45,899 bases of DNA, taken from the IMG/VR virus record IMGVR_UViG_3300005323_000062, positions 1 to 45,899 of that record; one strand, written 5' to 3'. The notes under the pieces were generated by a model. That model was not told the origin of the DNA. It saw only the letters and a list, made by a program, of their open reading frames with translations, and ran no database searches. Within the stretch, counting starts at the first letter, position 1, and each line of letters opens with the position of its first letter. The stretch comes from a virus. Its lineage: Duplodnaviria > Caudoviricetes. Positions 44,432-45,899 of the stretch are shown one piece after another. Both the position numbers and the translations under genes were made by a program.

Positions 44432-45717
44432 ACCCAAGCCACTATCTCCCAAACACCAGCTTTGCAAGTTCTACCAGAGTTTCCGGTATTCATACTCACC
44501 GTCACTTCGATGTATCTTGCAGAGATAGTTCCAGAGATTTTTTCATAAACCGAAGTAATTACCTGCTGTGTGTTTGCAGAAGCTGTTTGTGTTGAGTGCG
44601 TAGTATAGGTAGAATCATCCGTACTAGACTTAAGTTTTATAATTGATGTGCCAGACTGCGTTGAAGCACCACCAGCTATTGCGGCAGCCGCCCAACTCAA
44701 GCCATAAATTGATTTGACTGAACCCAAATCTATTTTTAAGAGCACTTCTTCTGCATCGGTTTCATAAGAACCCAACACATTCGTTCTATAATAGGTGGGT
44801 GTGGTTTCATCGTAATCTGAAACGTTGCCATCAAATACTTCACCAATCGTGCCCGTATTACTACCCCAAGTGGGTGTAGGAATGGTTGGTGAAACTCCAT
44901 AGCAACCATTCGTGTATGTTTCTGAGGTTGTGAACCAATTGGTTGTGTTGGTTGGAAACGTGCACGATTCTGCTGCAATCAAACAAATTGGGTTGCCAAT
45001 ACCATAAACCCCGCCAGTTTTAACATATTGAGCAAAACTAGAACGATTATAAGAAAGCATATCTCCCGCCGAAGGAACAAAAACATCGGTAACGGGCGTA
45101 ATGCCGGTTTTAGCGTATGCGTATTCATATACCGACGTCGCGTTTAAATCTGACGCGGTTTTCAGAGTGAACTCCGTAGTACGATAAGTCCTAGCCACAT
45201 CTGCGGCGAGCTTTGCAGTAGTTACATTCGCATCCAAAATCTTCGCGGTTGTCACTGCGTCCGAAGCAATCTGTGAAGCCACAACCGGCTGGAAAACCAA
45301 ACGCAAATCAGTAATATTTGCATTCACAATACTCGTAACGCCAGCAGCTACAGCTACAACCGCCAAAGCAATTGAAGAAGCAGCCAAGTCAGGAACAGCC
45401 GGAGAAGAAGCAGCAGTACCCGTAGTCACACCAATCGTGCCACTAGAGTTAGCGTATATAACGTCATAACGCGGATTAGACCCATCAGCAGCAGTAATAA
45501 TCACATTGCTAACGCTAGCCTTAGTAACTGTCGTTCCAGCCCACAAATAACTACCAACAGCCACATCTACACTCATATTAGCCCCAGCACTACGCTGAGA
45601 AACAGCCAAACCAGATACGACAACGTTTCCTTGCAAAGCCTGACTACGATTAGACTCAAAAATAGCCCAACCATTACCAAGCAAAGCATCTCCAGTTACA
45701 TAATTCGGAAAACTCAT
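44428..45717 (-). CDS. Tail fibre / receptor-binding protein
   Basis: N-terminal VVSGLAVS...MSVDVAVG...ADGSNPRYDVI...ITDLR; AVTTAKI repeats; C-terminal discoidin-like FDGN...IDLGSVK...ARYIEV. Confidence 0.8.
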   Translation of the reverse strand: MSFPNYVTGDALLGNGWAIFESNRSQALQGNVVVSGLAVSQRSAGANMSVDVAVGSYLWAGTTVTKASVSNVIITAADGSNPRYDVIYANSSGTIGVTTGTAASSPAVPDLAASSIALAVVAVAAGVTSIVNANITDLRLVFQPVVASQIASDAVTTAKILDANVTTAKLAADVARTYRTTEFTLKTASDLNATSVYEYAYAKTGITPVTDVFVPSAGDMLSYNRSSFAQYVKTGGVYGIGNPICLIAAESCTFPTNTTNWFTTSETYTNGCYGVSPTIPTPTWGSNTGTIGEVFDGNVSDYDETTPTYYRTNVLGSYETDAEEVLLKIDLGSVKSIYGLSWAAAAIAGGASTQSGTSIIKLKSSTDDSTYTTHSTQTASANTQQVITSVYEKISGTISARYIEVTVSMNTGNSGRTCKAGVWEIVAWV

Positions 45718-45733
45718 CTCAAATCAAACTCCT

Positions 45734-45776
45734 TCAATCAGTAATGCCAAAAACCCAAGTATAAATAATCTCTACC
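45734..45776 (-). CDS. 3' end of the junction-spanning tail gene (see 1-359)
   Basis: ...VEIIYTWVFGITD* in frame with 1-359 after circularisation. Confidence 0.75.
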
Positions 45777-45899
45777 GAACTAGTCTTAGAGATAGCTGTG
45801 TGTACGTCGTGAGAAAACAATATTGGCGTTCCATCCGTATTAACTAGCCCTGTTTCTGTAAGAACGCTTCCATTCGCCTCAGTAGAAGCAACATAACCC
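45777..45899. repeat. Terminal direct repeat, copy 2
   Basis: Identical to 1-123. Confidence 0.95.

Noticed and set aside
44428-45717. Diversity-generating retroelement targeting the tail fibre
   Set aside because: No reverse transcriptase and no template/variable repeat pair was seen.
45777-45899. 123-bp terminal repeat as a biological terminal repeat or att site
   Set aside because: It falls in the middle of a gene that is intact only after circularisation; typical assembler overlap.

Overview
The window is an apparently complete, circularly assembled ~45,776-bp genome of a tailed dsDNA virus (Caudoviricetes, siphovirus-like; no sheath gene seen). Bases 1-123 recur exactly at 45777-45899, and a 133-aa tail gene reads through the junction. 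The host is very probably an archaeon. Evidence: TATA-box promoters, GGTGA/GAGGTG ribosome-binding sites, an Hjc resolvase, an MCM-like helicase, a GINS-B-like domain, a CCA-less tRNA and a DUF2341-like glycoprotein; a DPANN host is only a guess. The minus-strand arm (44428 through the junction to 23797) is the morphogenesis module: terminase, portal, protease/scaffold, capsid, neck, tail tube, frameshifted chaperones, tape measure, baseplate and fibre. The plus-strand arm (24.4-44.4 kb) holds early/accessory and replication genes. No integrase, DNA polymerase or primase was recognised. Main findings: (1) at least 11 small genes begin with the peptide tag M-x-N-C-R-F-[HR]-[KV]-R or a close variant, conserved at protein level on several unrelated bodies and clustered around a phiEco32-type COOH-NH2 ligase and class II amidotransferase pair. 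(2) An ~800-nt ORF-free, densely base-paired candidate large ncRNA, plus two smaller structured RNAs. (3) A 46-aa stand-alone NrdD glycyl-radical peptide missed by the ORF track. (4) An SSB-like/GINS-B-like fusion. (5) A cell-surface-type glycoprotein inserted in the tail module. All calls come from reading motifs by eye; no database search or folding program was run.
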